DNA of 64,000 nt from NCBI GenBank assembly GCA_030390025.1, contig CM059431.1:103418001-103482000 (forward strand), written 5' to 3'. The stretch comes from Squalus acanthias. Taxonomy: Eukaryota. Positions 37,366-51,384 of this stretch are shown here, piece by piece. Under the pieces are notes generated by a model that worked only from the letters and a program-made list of their open reading frames with translations, had not been told where the DNA came from and made no database searches. Position 1 is the first letter of the stretch. Every line of letters begins with the position of its first letter. The position numbers and the translations under genes were made by a program.

Positions 37366-37810
37366 GTGAAGAGATTGGAGAAGCTGGGGTCGTTCTCCTT
37401 CGGGCAGAGAAGGTTAAGGGGAGATTTAATAGAGGGGTTCAAAATTACAAGAGCTTTTGATAGAGCAAGTAGGGAGATGTTTCCACTGGCAGGAGGATCG
37501 GTAACCAGAGGTCACAGATTTAAAATAATTGGCAAAAGAACGAGAGGGGAAATTAAGAGAAATTATTTCACACAGAGAGTTGTTGTGATCTGGAATGCAC
37601 CGCCTGAAAGGGCGGTGGAATCAGATTCAATAGTAACGTTCAAAAGTGAATTGGATAAATACTTGAAGAGGACTAAATTGGAGGGTTATGGGGGAAAAAG
37701 CTGGGGTGTGGAACTAAATTGGAGAGCTCTTTCAAAGAGCCGGCACAGGCACAACGGGCCGAATGGCCTCCTTCTGTGCTGTAAGATTCCCTGATTTAAT
37801 GGTTCTATGA
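37366..37810 (+). mobile_element. CR1 LINE 3' fragment
   Basis: ORF 37366-37794 reads RRLRGDLIE...TQRVVVIWNA. Confidence 0.88.
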
Positions 37811-39585
37811 AATGGCGTGCTGTCTTTAGTACAGTGTAGAGCAAGTCATAACTTTGCAAAGAAAGATGAATAATGATGTTGCGTTTCTACCTCCACTCCA
37901 GTATACAAAAGTAATCAAATCCAATCAGCACTTTAGGCAAGTGGAGTAGTGAAATTGCAAACATGCTCTTTGTAAACGTGCTTATGATTTTTCTAGATAA
38001 TGTGCAGAGAAAATCTTCCTCTATAGTTATTAAAGAAAAATGATGAAATGGCAATGGTTGAGAAAATTCAAACCTGCTTGATGCTATCCGTATATTTGGT
38101 GTTGTACCAGACCTATATCCACTATGGGGTATTGTTGCACTCATTTGTCACACAGCAGGAAGAAAATTAATTTGCTCCCAGACACAGTGCACTCCAAAGC
38201 CATGGACAATTGCATGCCAAAATACATCTTCGAGAACACCAAAGAGATATAGCCACTTTATCAGTTCTTTATCAGAATCAACATGACAGGAGCTGCTAGT
38301 GCTTAGCTCACAGTTATTTCATGAGCACAATCAGCGACAACTCTCTCTGCGGCATCTGCCCAGAAAACGTTTGCGTGGGAGGTCAGTCACAAAACTTCAC
38401 ATGCTGCTTTCTGAGGAACTGCTTTTTGACTGTGGCATTGTTGTGGGGATTGTCCTTTGTACGCACAGCTTCAAATGTAGGTTTTAATGACTCTTGTTGA
38501 ACCAGGACTGCCGGAGCATATACAAGGCCTGGTTAGCAGCACCACTACAATCTCTCCGAGTTTGACTGGGCTCTGAACAATAACAAGAATTAGATTTGAC
38601 CTCAGAGATTCAGTCGACTCTGACTACGCTAAGTTATCTCGCTTAGCGGGCAATGTTGACTTCTGTAAAACGGGTGCTGGCGAATCGGTTTTACATCTCT
38701 TCCAATTTATATTTCAAATGAAGTCAAAGGACATGAAAAATCGGGGCAATGTAAACCGGGCTACCCCCCCCCGCAATGTACGCAAAATAGTGATCGGTTT
38801 CTTTATACACTTACAAGCTTTATTACCTCATGCTCTCGACAGAAATTTTTAAATATAGGCCCGTAATTTCCGATAGGAGGCTTCCTGCATGCGGATGCCT
38901 CTCCTGGGCCTCTCCTGGTGCGCGCGCAGAGGCTCAGGTATCCCAGGGGCGCAGGCGGTTCGCAAGCGTCCCTGGGATCACGTGGGCCATGGGAAACCAA
39001 TGGAAGAAGGGAATCCCCCTTCATACTTTTGACAGATAGACCTGTTTCCCCCCCCCCACAAAAGTGGATATAAATTGTAAAACAGGATATAAACGCTGAA
39101 GATGGATTGTACAAGCATTGTGTAACTGATCAGGTAAATGTGCCACGCTAAATTTTTCAGATAATGTGTGCTGGTTAAAAGTTTCTAAATTTAGCGTGAC
39201 AGGGCTGTGCAGCCGTGGCTCAACAATAGATTAGTATATGTCACGGGGGACAAATTAAACTGCAGTTTTTGATGTTAATATGTGGTGGAGGAATGGCTGT
39301 GCAGAGCGGCGGAATGGATTGTATGATACAATGGAATGATCACGATGTTGCAAATGCTTTAAAAGTTGAATAAATCCAAATTATAAAAAAAAATGCAGAG
39401 TAGCACCCCCCACATCTCAGTCAGAAATGTTTGTGGGTTCAGGTCCCACTCCAGGCACTTGAGCACAAAATCAAGGCTGACACTCACAGTGCTGCACTGT
39501 CAGAGGTGCCATCTTTCAGCAGAGACATTACACCAAAGCCCCCCGTCTGCCCTCTCAGCTAAATCCCAGGGCACTACACAATATT

Positions 39586-40309
39586 GGGCCGTATATTCCG
39601 ATCCCTACGGGTGTGTACAGGCTGCAGGGACATCGGAAATGCCGGTTTCAGGCATGCACAGCGCATGCGCTGAAAACCGGCATTTCCGATCTGTCAAGAA
39701 TGCTCTTGACTGATCGGACGCCTGCCCTGAAGAAGGGCCTCTGCGGGCGGATAGTTCCACTTTCTGCAGAACCTCCGCCCGCAGAAAGCCCTTAGAAATC
39801 TTACGCCTGGTTTTACCAGCATAAGATTTGAAAAAAAGTAAAAAAAATAAAATAATTTTTTTCACTTATTTATCATCTAAAAATACCTTAAAAAAGGTAA
39901 GTTTATTCTTAGCCCCGTAAAAACTTTAATTATTTTTTTCAAAAAATTAAATTTTTGTTTAAAATATTTAATTTATTGCAATTTCAACTAATTTTTAAAA
40001 TGTGATTTAAAAAAAAAATTATTTAATGTTTTAGTGTGTTTTTTCATTGATCTCCATTCATATATTTGACAGGTCTATCTGTCAAGTGTATGAAGGGAGA
40101 TTCCCTTCTTTGATTGGCTCCCCATGGCCCGCGTGATCCCAGGGATGTTTGCGAACCGCCTGCGCCTCTGGGATACGTGGGCCCTGCGCACTTCGAGTTG
40201 GAGAGGCCCAGGAGCGGAAGTGTCCGCACCTGGGGAGCCCTCAGGTAAGGGCGTAGATTTTTTCCAGATCGGAGGCCTCCGCACGCGGGAAGCCCGGGAA
40301 ATATGGCCC
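39586..40309. mobile_element. Harbinger-type MITE family D (AT-rich core)
   Basis: TIRs gggccgtatattcc and ggaaatatggccc with TSD att. A partial inverted relative lies at ~38857-39045. Confidence 0.85.
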
Positions 40310-40789
40310 ATTATTTTCTGGATAAAGATCGAGGAAAGACATTCCAAAATCTAAACTTAATACAAGCCTGTGATGGAGCAAATTTCAAACATGAGGCGAA
40401 TGAACCCGAGCTTAATGTACTGCAAGCCCTCTCCAGGCAACGCATCCGTTAAGCTGCATGGCTGTGCAGCGGTCTGGAGGTCCTGTGCAGGCTGCTCACT
40501 GGCTTTTTTGCATGCACGAAAATTTGAATGAGCCGTGCAGCTAGTTAAAGGGACCGTGCATGATAAAAACAATTGGAGGAAATATTGTCTCCAGGTTAAT
40601 CTAAGTCTTATTCTTCCTACTTCCTACTTCTGATCCCTTTTCCAAATGATGACCTGTGGCAACACTCGTAGGAAATAAGAAACATAGAAACATAGAAGAT
40701 AGGAGCAGGAGTAGGCCATTCGGCCCCTCGAGCCTGTTCCACCATTCAATGAGATCATGGCTGATCATCCAAATTCAGTACCCTGTCCC

Positions 40790-43580
40790 TGCTTTCTCCC
40801 CATATCCCTTGATCCCCTTAGCCTTAAGAAATATATCTAACTCCTTCTTGAATATATTTAATGAATTGGCCTCAACTGCTTTCTGTGGTAGAGAATTCCA
40901 CAGGTTAACCACTCTCTGGGTGAAGAAATTCCTCCTCATCTCAGTCTGAAATGGCTTACCCCTTATCCTTAGACTGTGACCCCCTGGTGCTGGACTCCCC
41001 CGCCATCGGGAACATCCTTCCTGCATCTAGTCTGTCTAGTCCTGTTAGAATTTTATAAGTTTCAATGAGATCCCCTCTCATTCTTCTAAACTCTAGCGAA
41101 TATAAGCCCAATCGACCCAATCTCTCCTCATATGTCATTCCTGCCATCCCAGGTATCAGTCTGGTGAATCTTCGCTGCACTCCCTCCATGGCAAGAACAT
41201 CCTTCCTCAGATAAGGCGACCAAAACTGCAAACAATACTCAAGGTGTGGTCTCACCAAGGCCCTGTACAACTGCAGCAAGACATCCTTGCTCCTGTACTC
41301 GAATCCTCTCACTATGAAGGCCAACATACCACTTGCCTTCTTAACCGCCTGCTGCACCTGCATGCTTACCTTCAGCGACTGGTGCACAAGGACACCCAGG
41401 TCTCGTTGAACTTCCCCTTTTCCCAACCTATTGCCGTTCAGATAGTAATCTGTCTTCTGTTTTTTCCACCAAAGTGGATAACCTTGCATTTATCCACATT
41501 ATACTGCATCTGCCATGCATCTGCCCAATCACCCAACCTGTCCAAATCATACTGGAGTTTCTCTGCATCCTCCTCACAGCACACACGCCCACCCTGCTTT
41601 GTGTCGTCTGCAAACTTAGAGATATTACATCTAGTTCCCTCGTCTAGATCATTTATATATATTGTGAACAGCTGAGGTCCGAGCACCGATCCCTGCGGTA
41701 CCCCACTAGTCACTGCCTGCCACTCGGAAAAAGACCCGTTTATTCCAACTCTTTGCTTCCTGTCTGCCAACCAGTTCTCTATCCAAGTCAGTACCTTACC
41801 CCAATCCCATGTGCTTTAACTTTGCATGCTAATCTCTTATGCAGGACCTCATCAAAAGCCTTCTGAAAGTCCAAATACACCACATCCACTGGTTCTCCCT
41901 TATCTATTCTACCAGTTACATCCTCAAAAAATTCCAGTAGATTAGTCAAGCATGATTTACCTTTTGTAAATCCATGTTGACTTTGTCCAATCCTGTCACT
42001 GTTTTCCAAGTGCTCTGCTATTACATCTTTTATAATGGACTCTAGCATTTTCCCCACTACCGATGTCAGGCTTACTGGTCTATAATTCCCCATTTTCTCT
42101 CTACCACCTTTTTTAAATAGTGTGGTTACATTAGCTACCCTCCAATCCATGGGAACTGTTCCAGAGTCTATAAAATTTTGGAAGATGACCAGCAATGCAT
42201 CTACTATTTCTAGGGCCACTTCCTTAAGTACCCTAGGATGTAGATTATCAGGCCCTGGGGATTTATCGGCCTTCAATCCTGTCAATTTCCCCAACACTAT
42301 TTCCATACAAATACTGATTTCATTCAATTCCTCCCTCTCATTTGACCTTATGTTCCCCGACATCTCTGGGAGGTTATTTGTGTCCTCCTTTGTGAAGACA
42401 GAACCAAAGTATATATTTAATTGGTTTGACATTTCTTTCTTCCCCATTATAAATTCCCCTGATTCTGACTGCAAGGGACCTACGCTTGACTTCAGCAATC
42501 TTTTTCTCTTCACATATCTATAGAAGCTTTTACAGTCAGTTTATATGTTCCCTGCAAGCTTACTCTCATATTCTATTTCCCCCTCTTAATTAATCCCTTT
42601 GTCCTCCTTTGCTGAATCCTAAACTGCTCCCAAACCTCAGGTTTGCTGCTTTCTCTGGCCTATTTATATGTCCTCTCCTCTGATCTTAATCTATCCCTAA
42701 TTTCCCTTGTTAGTCACGGTTGAGTCACCTTTTTTGTTTTATTTTTATGCCAAACAGGGATGAACAAATTCTGTAGTTCATCCATGCGATCTTTAAATGT
42801 TTGCCATTGCCTATCCACCGTCAACCCTTTAAGTAACGCTCTCCAATCCATCCTAGCCAACTCGCGCCTCATACCATCATAGTTTCCTTTATTTAAATTC
42901 AGGACCCTAGTCTCTGAGTCAACTACTTCACTCTCCATCTTAATGAAGAATTCTATCATATTATGATCGCTCCTCCCCAAGGGGCCTCACACAACATGAT
43001 TGCTAATTAATCCTTTCTCATTACATAATACGCAGTCTAAGATGGCCTGATCTCGAGTTGGTTCCTCGACATATTGGTCCAGGAAACCATCCCGTATACA
43101 CTCTAGAAATTCCTCCTCCACAGTATTGTTACTAATTTGGTTAGCCCAATCTATATGCAGATTAAAGTCACCCATGATAACTGCTGTGCCTTTATTGCAC
43201 GCATCTCTAATTTCCCATTTAATGCCATGCCGAACCACAGCATTACTGTTTGGGGGTCTGTATACAACTCCCACTAATGTTTTCTGCCCCTTGGTATTTC
43301 TCAGCTCTACCCATACAGATTCCACATCATCAGAGCTAATATCCTTCCTTACTATTGTGTTAATCTCCTCTTTAACCAGCAATCCTACCCCACCTCCTTT
43401 TCCTTTTTGCCTGTCCTTCCTGAATATTGAATACCACCGGATGTTGAATTCCCAGCCTTGGTCACCCTGTAGCCATGTCTCCATAATCCCAATTATATCA
43501 TATCCGTTTACATCTATTTGCGCAGCTAATTCATCCACCTTATTATGAATGCCCCTCGCATTAAGACACAAAGCCTTCAG
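40790..43580 (-). pseudogene. CR1 ORF2 (apurinic endonuclease plus reverse transcriptase), multiple frameshifts
   Basis: APE motifs CLNAR, METWL, GGGVGLLVK, YRPP, GDFN and SDHN. RT motifs QHGF.KGKSCLTNL, PQGSVLGP and FADD. Confidence 0.93.
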
Positions 43581-43755
43581 GCTTTTTTTTTAACACTCTT
43601 AGTCATTTTAGAATTATTATTTACTGTAGCCCTGTTTGATTTACACCCTTGATTTCTCTGCCTTCCACTTTTGCTTTTCTCCTTCCTGTCTTTTGTTTCT
43701 ATCCTTGCTTCCCTTTCCTCTGTCTCCCTGCACAGGTTCCCAACCCCCTGTCATT

Positions 43756-44707
43756 TTAGTTTAAACCCTCCCCAACAGCACTAGCAAACACTCCCCCTGG
43801 GACATCAGTCCCGGTCCCGCCCAGGTGCAAACCGTCCAGTTTGTACTGGTCCCACCTCCCCCAGAACCGGTTCCAATGTCCCAAGAATTTGAATCCCTCC
43901 CCCTTGCACCATTCCTCTAGCCACTTATTCATCTGAAATATCCTTCTATTTCTACTCTGACCAGCATGTGGCACTGGTAGCAATCCTGAGATTACTACCT
44001 TTGAGGTCCTATTTTTTAATTTACCTCCTAACTCCCTATATTCAGCTTTTAGGACCTCATCCCATTTTTTACCTATATCGTTGGTACCTATATGCACCAC
44101 GACAACTGGCTGTTTACCCTCCCCTCCAGAATGCCCTGCAGCTGCCCCAAGACATCCTTGACCCTTGCACCAGGGAGGCAACATACCATCCTGGAGTCTC
44201 ATTTGCGGCCGCAGAAACGCCTATCTATTCCCCTTACAATAGAATCCCCTATCACTATAGCTCTCCCACTCTTTTTCCTCCCGTTCTGTGCAGCAGAACC
44301 ACCCATGGTGCCAGGAAGTTGGCTGCTGCTGCCTTCCCCCTGATAAGCCATCTCCCTCAACAATATCCAAAGTGTTATATCTGTTTGAGAGGGGGATGGC
44401 CTCAGGGGACCCGCTGCACTACCTGCCTGCGCCTACTACTCTGCCTGGCGGTCACCCATTCCCTTCCTGTCTGTGCAGCCTTTACCTGCGGTGTGACCAA
44501 CTCATTAAACGTGCTATCCACGATGTCCTCAGCATTGCGAATGCTCCAGTATGTATCCATTCGAAGCTCCAGCGCCACAATGCAGTCTGCCAGTAGCTGC
44601 AGCTGAATACACTTCCCGCACACATGGTCGCCAGGGACACAGGAAGTGTCCCTGATTTCCCACATAGTGGAGGAGGAGCATGCCACGAGGCCCAGCTGTG
44701 CTGCCAT
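43756..44707 (-). pseudogene. CR1 ORF1 (Zn-finger/coiled-coil plus SGNH esterase-like domain), frameshifted
   Basis: It reads MAAQLGLVACSS..HVCGKCIQLQLL..LELRM and QPVVVVHIGTNDIGK...VVISGLLPVP...DGLHL. Confidence 0.88.
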
Positions 44708-45097
44708 GACTTACCCTTTAATTAATTTAAATTAAATTAAATCAAATCAATACCACTAATTACACTAATATTAAATGATATACTCAAGGGCCCTTGTTTA
44801 CTAGCACTCCCCGCTACACAACAGCGACTTTAATAACTATAACCACAAAAATTAAGACCTTCTAAACTTTATAAACTATTAACCTTAACTGTCAAACTAT
44901 AGAGTAGTATAAATACTCACCTGGCCGTACTCACCCAATCAGCTGCTTCTTCTTGCCCGCGTTACTTTTTGAATCGTGCCGTGGCTCTGGAACGCTGCTG
45001 CCAGTCTGTGAGATTGGTAAGACTCTGAAAAAAGCCCGCGAAAGTGAGTTTAGATACTCACTGTGCTCTCCTGCTGCTCCCGACACCGGCCTCTGTA

Positions 45098-45455
45098 AAA
45101 AATCAGGGATGTGCAAGAGGCCAGAAGTGAAATAGCGCAGAGATTTTGAAGGCTTGTAGGGCTGGAGGAGGTTACAGAGATAAGGAGGGGTGAGGCCATG
45201 GAGGGATTTGAAATCAAGGATGAGGATTTTAAAATCGAGCTGTTGCTGGACCAGGAGCCAATGTAAGTCAGCAAGCACAGGTGTGATGGGTGAATGAGAC
45301 TTGGAGCGAGTTAAGATATGGGCAGCAGAGTTTTGGATGAGCACAAGTTTATGTAGGGTGGAAGATGAGAGAGTGGCCAGGAGAGCTTTGGAATAGTCAA
45401 GTCTAGAGGTAACAATGGAATGGATGAGGGTTTCAGCAGTGGATGAGCTGAGGCA
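45098..45455 (-). mobile_element. L2 LINE fragment
   Basis: It encodes LIQNSAAHILTRSKSHSPITPVLADLHWL...PPYLCNLL. Confidence 0.88.
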
Positions 45456-45575
45456 ATAGGCAATTGACCAGTGAATTTTAGAAGATCAGGGAGCGATAAT
45501 AATAGCTTAGAAATAAATAAAAGTAGATTAGCTGCATATAGGGTGATTTTTAGAGGCTCAAAGCCTGCATACATA

Positions 45576-46335
45576 GGGCTGGATTTTGATACTAGGGCGG
45601 GTTGGGGTCGTGTCATCCGCATTTCGTGTTATCCACCCGACTGCAATTGGATGTGGGAGATTGATGCAATTTTCACCTAATTGGGCAATTGAGTTCCAGC
45701 ATGTGGGAACCCATGAACCAATTAGTGGTTTCAGTCTGAAAGTTGCCTCTGATGATGTCATCATTGCTGCTGCATTGCAGGTCAGAGACTGCCTGGTCTC
45801 AGAGACTGCCTGGCCTTTGCTGTGAGAGGACCTGGATGCAAAATGAGCAGAGAGAGAGAGAGAGAGAGAGAGAAATTCTTTTGCATCCAGGTCCTCTCAC
45901 AGCAAAGGCCAGGCAATCTCTGAAGACATTCAATGCAGCAGCATCAGAGGCGACTTTCAGATCTAATACTACTACTACCTTCATCACATCTCCGTTGTAA
46001 TAGTGGACCTGCAGCTGATAGTCAGCTATCCACTTGTGCTCCCGCCAGGTTTCACTGGCGTGTTTCACATCAGGCTTGCTTCACGTCAGAAAAGGGTTAA
46101 ACTAGCTAAAACGTTTCAAAATGGCATTACAGAGCCAATTTAGGGCTTGTTAAGGGCTTTAATGACCTCTCCTGCCTCTTGGAGGCGGGACGGAGTCGGG
46201 AACACCGCACACGATTTTATCAAAATTGCGTGGAGGTGGAATGGAGGCGGGATCAGGTCCGCCCGCCACTTTTCGCAATTTTAACCCCCCACACGCCTCC
46301 AAACCCGCCTCCACGGCCCTATGAAAATCCAGCCC
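45576..46335 (-). mobile_element. Harbinger-type MITE family B
   Basis: TIRs gggctggatttt and aaaatccagccc with TSD ata. It is a reverse copy of 21524-22314. Confidence 0.88.
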
Positions 46336-46697
46336 ATAGACTCTATTGACCAAAATATCCTAATCTGTACTGCCCAGGTAAAGTGAGCATAAAAGGCAGA
46401 AGAATTAAAAGTCATCCCTGACCAAAGAGAATGAAGGCCTGGTGTCCATTAGAAATTGTGGCCTTGATCTCTGTGTACGCAATCATAGCCTAGAAATTAT
46501 CACAAACTCTGTTACCTTATGAAAGTCTAACATGTTCATATCATTCGTCTCTGCTATTTTAACTTGAATAAATTGAATTAATATTGTGGATATATTATAG
46601 GTAGATAAAGCATTTCTCAGGCACTGTGTGATTTGAATATTGAGCTTTGAGGGAGTGGAGTCCAAATTTATACCCGACATCAAAACAGGAGACATAT

Positions 46698-47435
46698 GGA
46701 CTAGAAATTCGGTGCCTTAGCGCCTCCCCATTAGCGCCTCCGGGGGGCGATGACGGGGCACTAAGGGCTTTCCGCCCGTGCGCGGCGATGTTACCGCCAC
46801 CCGCGAAATTCACCTGCCGGTTTGCAGCGGCGGTGACCCCTAGCGCCACGATCTCCTGCGCTCGGAGGTCATGACAACATCCGGCTGCGCAGCGCCCCAG
46901 ACCCGAAATTTATTTCCACCTCCTGCAGCTTCTCTGGGCAAAAATCACCGACAGCTGCGGCAGGCGTTGATCGGGAGGCTGGGCGCTTCGGGGGGGCGAT
47001 GATTAAAGGCAAGGTGGCCGAGGTAGGTGAAAAAAAAAATCCAAAACGCTCTTTCCGGTTTTTTTTTCTTTCTTCGCCAGCCATCGATCAGCCTGGCACT
47101 CTGCTGCAGTGCAGTGGGCTGATCGGGCCGGATCGCGGCTGCCGTCGGGGACTCGATAAGTTCCCCTCTTGCAGAGCCTTTAAGGGAGGGAAGGATCCTC
47201 GGATCCCAGCAGCGCTGCACGGGACAGTGGGCAGCACTGCTCACCGCCCCGCCCCGCCCTGCGTCCTTTAGCGCTCCAGGAAGGAAGTGGACACTTGATT
47301 TAGCGCTCCACTTCCTTCCTGGAGGGCAAAAAGCGAATTTTCCAAAAGCTGGGATCCATTAGCGCCTGGCGCTAAGTTTCCCAGCTTTGGAAAGTTACCG
47401 GCCCCAAACGGGGCGATACCCCGAATTTCTCCCCC
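46698..47435. mobile_element. GC-rich Harbinger-type MITE (family C-like)
   Basis: Ends ggactagaaattcgg and ccgaatttctccccc, with the subterminal ttagcgcc motif shared with 33376-34123. Confidence 0.75.
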
Positions 47436-47439
47436 ATAG

Positions 47440-48070
47440 TAAATAAGGAAGCGACAAGGGAATATTGATAAGGTGGTAGAATGGACAAGAGAGTGGCAGA
47501 TGGAATTCAATATCAGATTATAGGAATAATGTCATAATGAGGCAATGGAGACGGACATACTGTGCTGCCTGGTATGAGGAAATACAAATTCAAAGATAGA
47601 CTTTAAAAAATGGGGCTTTATCCATTTAGAAAGGAAGAACTTGCATTTCTATAGCACCTTTCATGACCTCAGGACGTCCCAAAGTGCTTTACAGCCAATG
47701 AAGTACTTTTGAAGTGTAGTCACTGCTGTAATATAGATTACAGGGTGAATTGAAAGAGGTGTTTAAAATTATGAAAGGATGGCACTGGTTAGATAGATTG
47801 TTTCCTGCAGTTGAGGGGTCTAGAATGATGGGACACAGATATAAGATTAAATGTAAGAAATTTAGGACAGTGAGCAGCAGAACGGTTTGTGTACTGAGAG
47901 TCGTGAGGCTGTGGACTTTATTACCAGAGTTACTGATTGATGCAGAGAGAGAGGGCAACATTTAAGAATAGGTTAGATAGGAGCTTGAAGGAAAGTAGGA
48001 TAAAGGGATATGGGAACAAGACAGGGATAAGGGAACACGGCAGTGATATGGGATTAGGACTGTTGCTTGT
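47440..48070 (+). mobile_element. Old CR1 fragment interrupted by a reverse Deu-SINE tail (~47630-47735)
   Basis: It encodes EVFKIMKG..DRLFP..GHRYKI...RVVRLW. Confidence 0.75.
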
Positions 48071-48374
48071 GTGTTTCACCTGGTTTCTGCGGGGTGGGAA
48101 GGGGTAAAATCTGTTTTTAGTCTCTGCGGGACCAAAGTAAGTGTTGATTTTACATTATTATTCAGTCTTTTGAATTAACAAAGAATGTCTGTGGGGTATA
48201 TTTTTCTTACTGAGTCTGGGAGTATTAGATTGCCTGGGCACAGCACACACACACTGGATTTTTCATCCCCACCCAATTTTCCGGTAAGTGCAGCCCCCAG
48301 GCGATCCAATACTCCCTCACGTGCAAATTGGAAAATCTGTTCCTGTGGGCTCCTTTCCTGCAACACTCTTTAAA

Positions 48375-48875
48375 AATTACATAGAATCTACAGCACAGAA
48401 ACAGGCCATTGGTCCCAACTGGTCCGTGCCGGTGTTTATGCTCCACACCAGCCTCCTCCCACCCCTCTTCATCTCACCCCGTCAGCATATTCTTCTATTC
48501 CTTTCTCCCTCGTGTGTTTATCAAGCTTGCCCTTCAATGCATCGACGCTATTCACCTCAACCACTCCCTGTGGTAGCGAGTTCCACATTCTCACCACTCT
48601 CTGGGTAAAGAAGTTTCTCCTGAATTCCCTATTGGATTTATTAGTGACTATCTTATATTGATGGCCCCTAGTTCTGGTCTCCCCCACAAGTGGAAACATG
48701 TTTGCTACGTCTACCCTATCAAACCCCTTCATAATTTTAAAGATCTCTCATCAGGTCACCCCCTCAGCCTTCTGTTTTCTAGAGAAAAGAGCCCCAGCCT
48801 GTTCAGTCTTTCCTGATAGGTATAACCTTACAGTTCTGGTATCATCCTTGTCAATCTTTTTTTGCACCTTCTCCA
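48375..48875 (-). mobile_element. CR1 LINE 3' fragment
   Basis: ORF 48469-48732 encodes the CR1 C-terminus. Confidence 0.9.
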
Positions 48876-50494
48876 AAGTTATATTGAACGCGATGAGGGT
48901 TAGGGAATAAAATGCAATATCCAGGAACTTCTGGCACAGATTAAGGCGCTGTAGATAAAGCGTAACATTTAAGTGTAGTTTAGAAGCGACTAGGAAATCA
49001 CACAAACTATGGCTGTTATTCTCGAGCTCCTATGTGAATCGTGCTATCGCTTTCACTGGGACTGGAGCCAGCGACAGTAAAAGATTTGTCTTTGCTTAAA
49101 TGTCAAGAGTTTTTTTTTCTTTCCTCAGAGCTAACTGATATTCTATTTCCAATTTAATCTTCATTTGCCGCACTCGCTGGCTTCTAGATGGCCAGTTAAA
49201 TGAGCTTTTGGAGAGCAAATAAAAAGGAAAGGACATGGGCTTTTAGTCCCATCCTCATAGGTTATTTGAACACCTTTTTAAAAGAAACATCTTTCGCGGT
49301 ATAGGAGCTGACAGGTTTGTAAACTGATATTAAACACTGTAAAAGCACGAACCAGTATAAGGTTCACGGGCTGAAGCTGCATATTATGGGTTGGCAAAGC
49401 ACAGTCAAGGTCACCAGTGCCATAAATACCTACACTGGTCAATAACGTATTTCGAATTCTCCTCTCTACCAGGTCTTTTTGCGGAGGTTGTTTTTCAATA
49501 TCATTCTAGATCATAGAACCTGCTGGCAGGACAAACCGGGGCAGTCAATGGATTTTCTTCTTAATTTTAAACGTTTTTTTTTCAAGAGTGTCGACAATTT
49601 TATGCAAGGTTTAGATGTAACAATATTTGCTTTGCAAAATAAAGGGCAACCAGAAATAGACTCAAAGTTGCACAGCTGTAAAACGCAGATGCAAGATTCT
49701 TCGATAAGCAAAGTTGCACACTTTGATACGTGATAGCCGCTGCTAGGGAATGAAGACCAAAGGTGGAGCCTTTAGACTTGTTCTTCCTGAAAGATAGACG
49801 GGAGACGTAGACAAAGCAAATCAATGTTACTTGATCTCAGCAGAAGGAACATGAATCACAACCATTAATTAGTGAGGACTTGCGTGTAGCTGTGATGCTG
49901 ATTGCTGGCCTCAACTTCTATAGCCTCGATATTAACCCCCCCCATGATGGGTGGGAGAGGTCGGGGGGGCGTCAAAGAGTTAAATATGGGGGATGCGTCC
50001 CCAACACACTGCGCAACATGGCGACGGATATTGGGGCGTACGAGTGTCCCGCCATGGTGAGGCGGGACACTTAAATGCGCTTTGCCAACCCATAATATGC
50101 AGCTACAGCCCATGAACGTGCTACAGGTTCATGCTTCATACAGCGTTTAATTCCAGTTTAAAAATTTGTCAGCTCCTATGCAGTGAGAGATACATTTCCT
50201 TTTAAGAAACAGTCCCACAGTGCGATTGGGAGCCCGATTTAAAATTGGCTGTCATTGTGCAGGTTTCCCAGGGTTGGGGAAACCCGGCAGCGAGAGGAAG
50301 CCGGGAGCTGCCGGCTCCACAAGGTAAGTGTCTTCTCCAGCACTCCTCGTGGGCCAGGAGGAGCAGGAGTGCTCCCCTCAGGCCCCCTCAAGGAAGCCTT
50401 CGGCCTCCCCCGCACCCTCCCCGCCTCCCCTTATGTAGCACGGCCTATGTTTCTGGATCCTCTCAATCTTCAGAATATTTTTAAAATGTAAAAC

Positions 50495-51262
50495 AGAATA
50501 GTTTTTAAATGGTGAGAAACTTTCAAATGTTGGTGTTCAGAGAGATTTGTGTGTCCTCGTGCAAGAAACACAGAAAGCTAGAATGCAGGTACAGCAAGCA
50601 ATAAGGAAGGCCAATGGCATGTTGACCTTTACTGCAAGGGGTTGGAGTATAAGAGCAAGGAAGTCTTGCTACAATTGTACAGGGCCTTGGTGAGACCACA
50701 CCTGGAGTACTGTGCACAGTTTTGGTCTCCTTATCTAAGGAAGGATATACTTGCCTTGGAGGCAGTGCAACGAAGGTTCACTAGATTGATTCCTGGGATG
50801 AGAGGGTTGTCCTATGATGAGAGATTAAGTAGAATGGGCCTATACTCTCTGGAGTTTAGAAGAATGAGAGCTGATCTCATTGAAACATACAAGATTCTGA
50901 AGGGGATTGACAGGGTAGATGCTGAGAGGTTGTTTCCCCTGGCTGGAGTGTCTAGAACTAGGGGGCATAGTCTCAGGATAAGGGGTAGGCCATTTAAGAC
51001 TGAGATGAGGAGGAATTTCTTCACTCAGAGGGTTGTGAATCTTTGGAATTCTCTGCCCCAGAGGGCTGTGAATGCTGAGTCTTTGAGTATATTCAAGGCT
51101 GAGATCGATAGATTTTTGGACTCTAGGGGAATCAAGGGATATGGAGATCGGGCGGGAAAGTGGAGTTGAGGTCGATGATCAGCCATGATCTTATTGAATG
51201 GCGGAGCAGGCTCAAGGGGCCGTATGACCGACTCCTGCTCCTAATTCTTATGTTCTTATGTT
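50495..51262 (+). mobile_element. CR1 LINE 3' fragment
   Basis: ORF 50642-51169 encodes the CR1 C-terminus, followed by the tail (ttcttatg)n. Confidence 0.93.
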
Positions 51263-51384
51263 CAGTTGCCCATTTCACTCTCATCAGGCGAATTCTTGTC
51301 TGTGGCCGCATTAGTAAAGCTATCCATGCCTTGATCAAGCAGCTGATGCTGTTGTTTTTAGCAACCAGGTACCACGAACCATTA

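Larger units (their letters stand above)
40678..45093 (-). mobile_element. Near full-length CR1 LINE (5' UTR, ORF1, ORF2, 3' tail), inactivated
   Basis: ORF1 and ORF2 fragments are colinear and there is a (gaaacata)n tail at 40678-40696. Confidence 0.95.
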
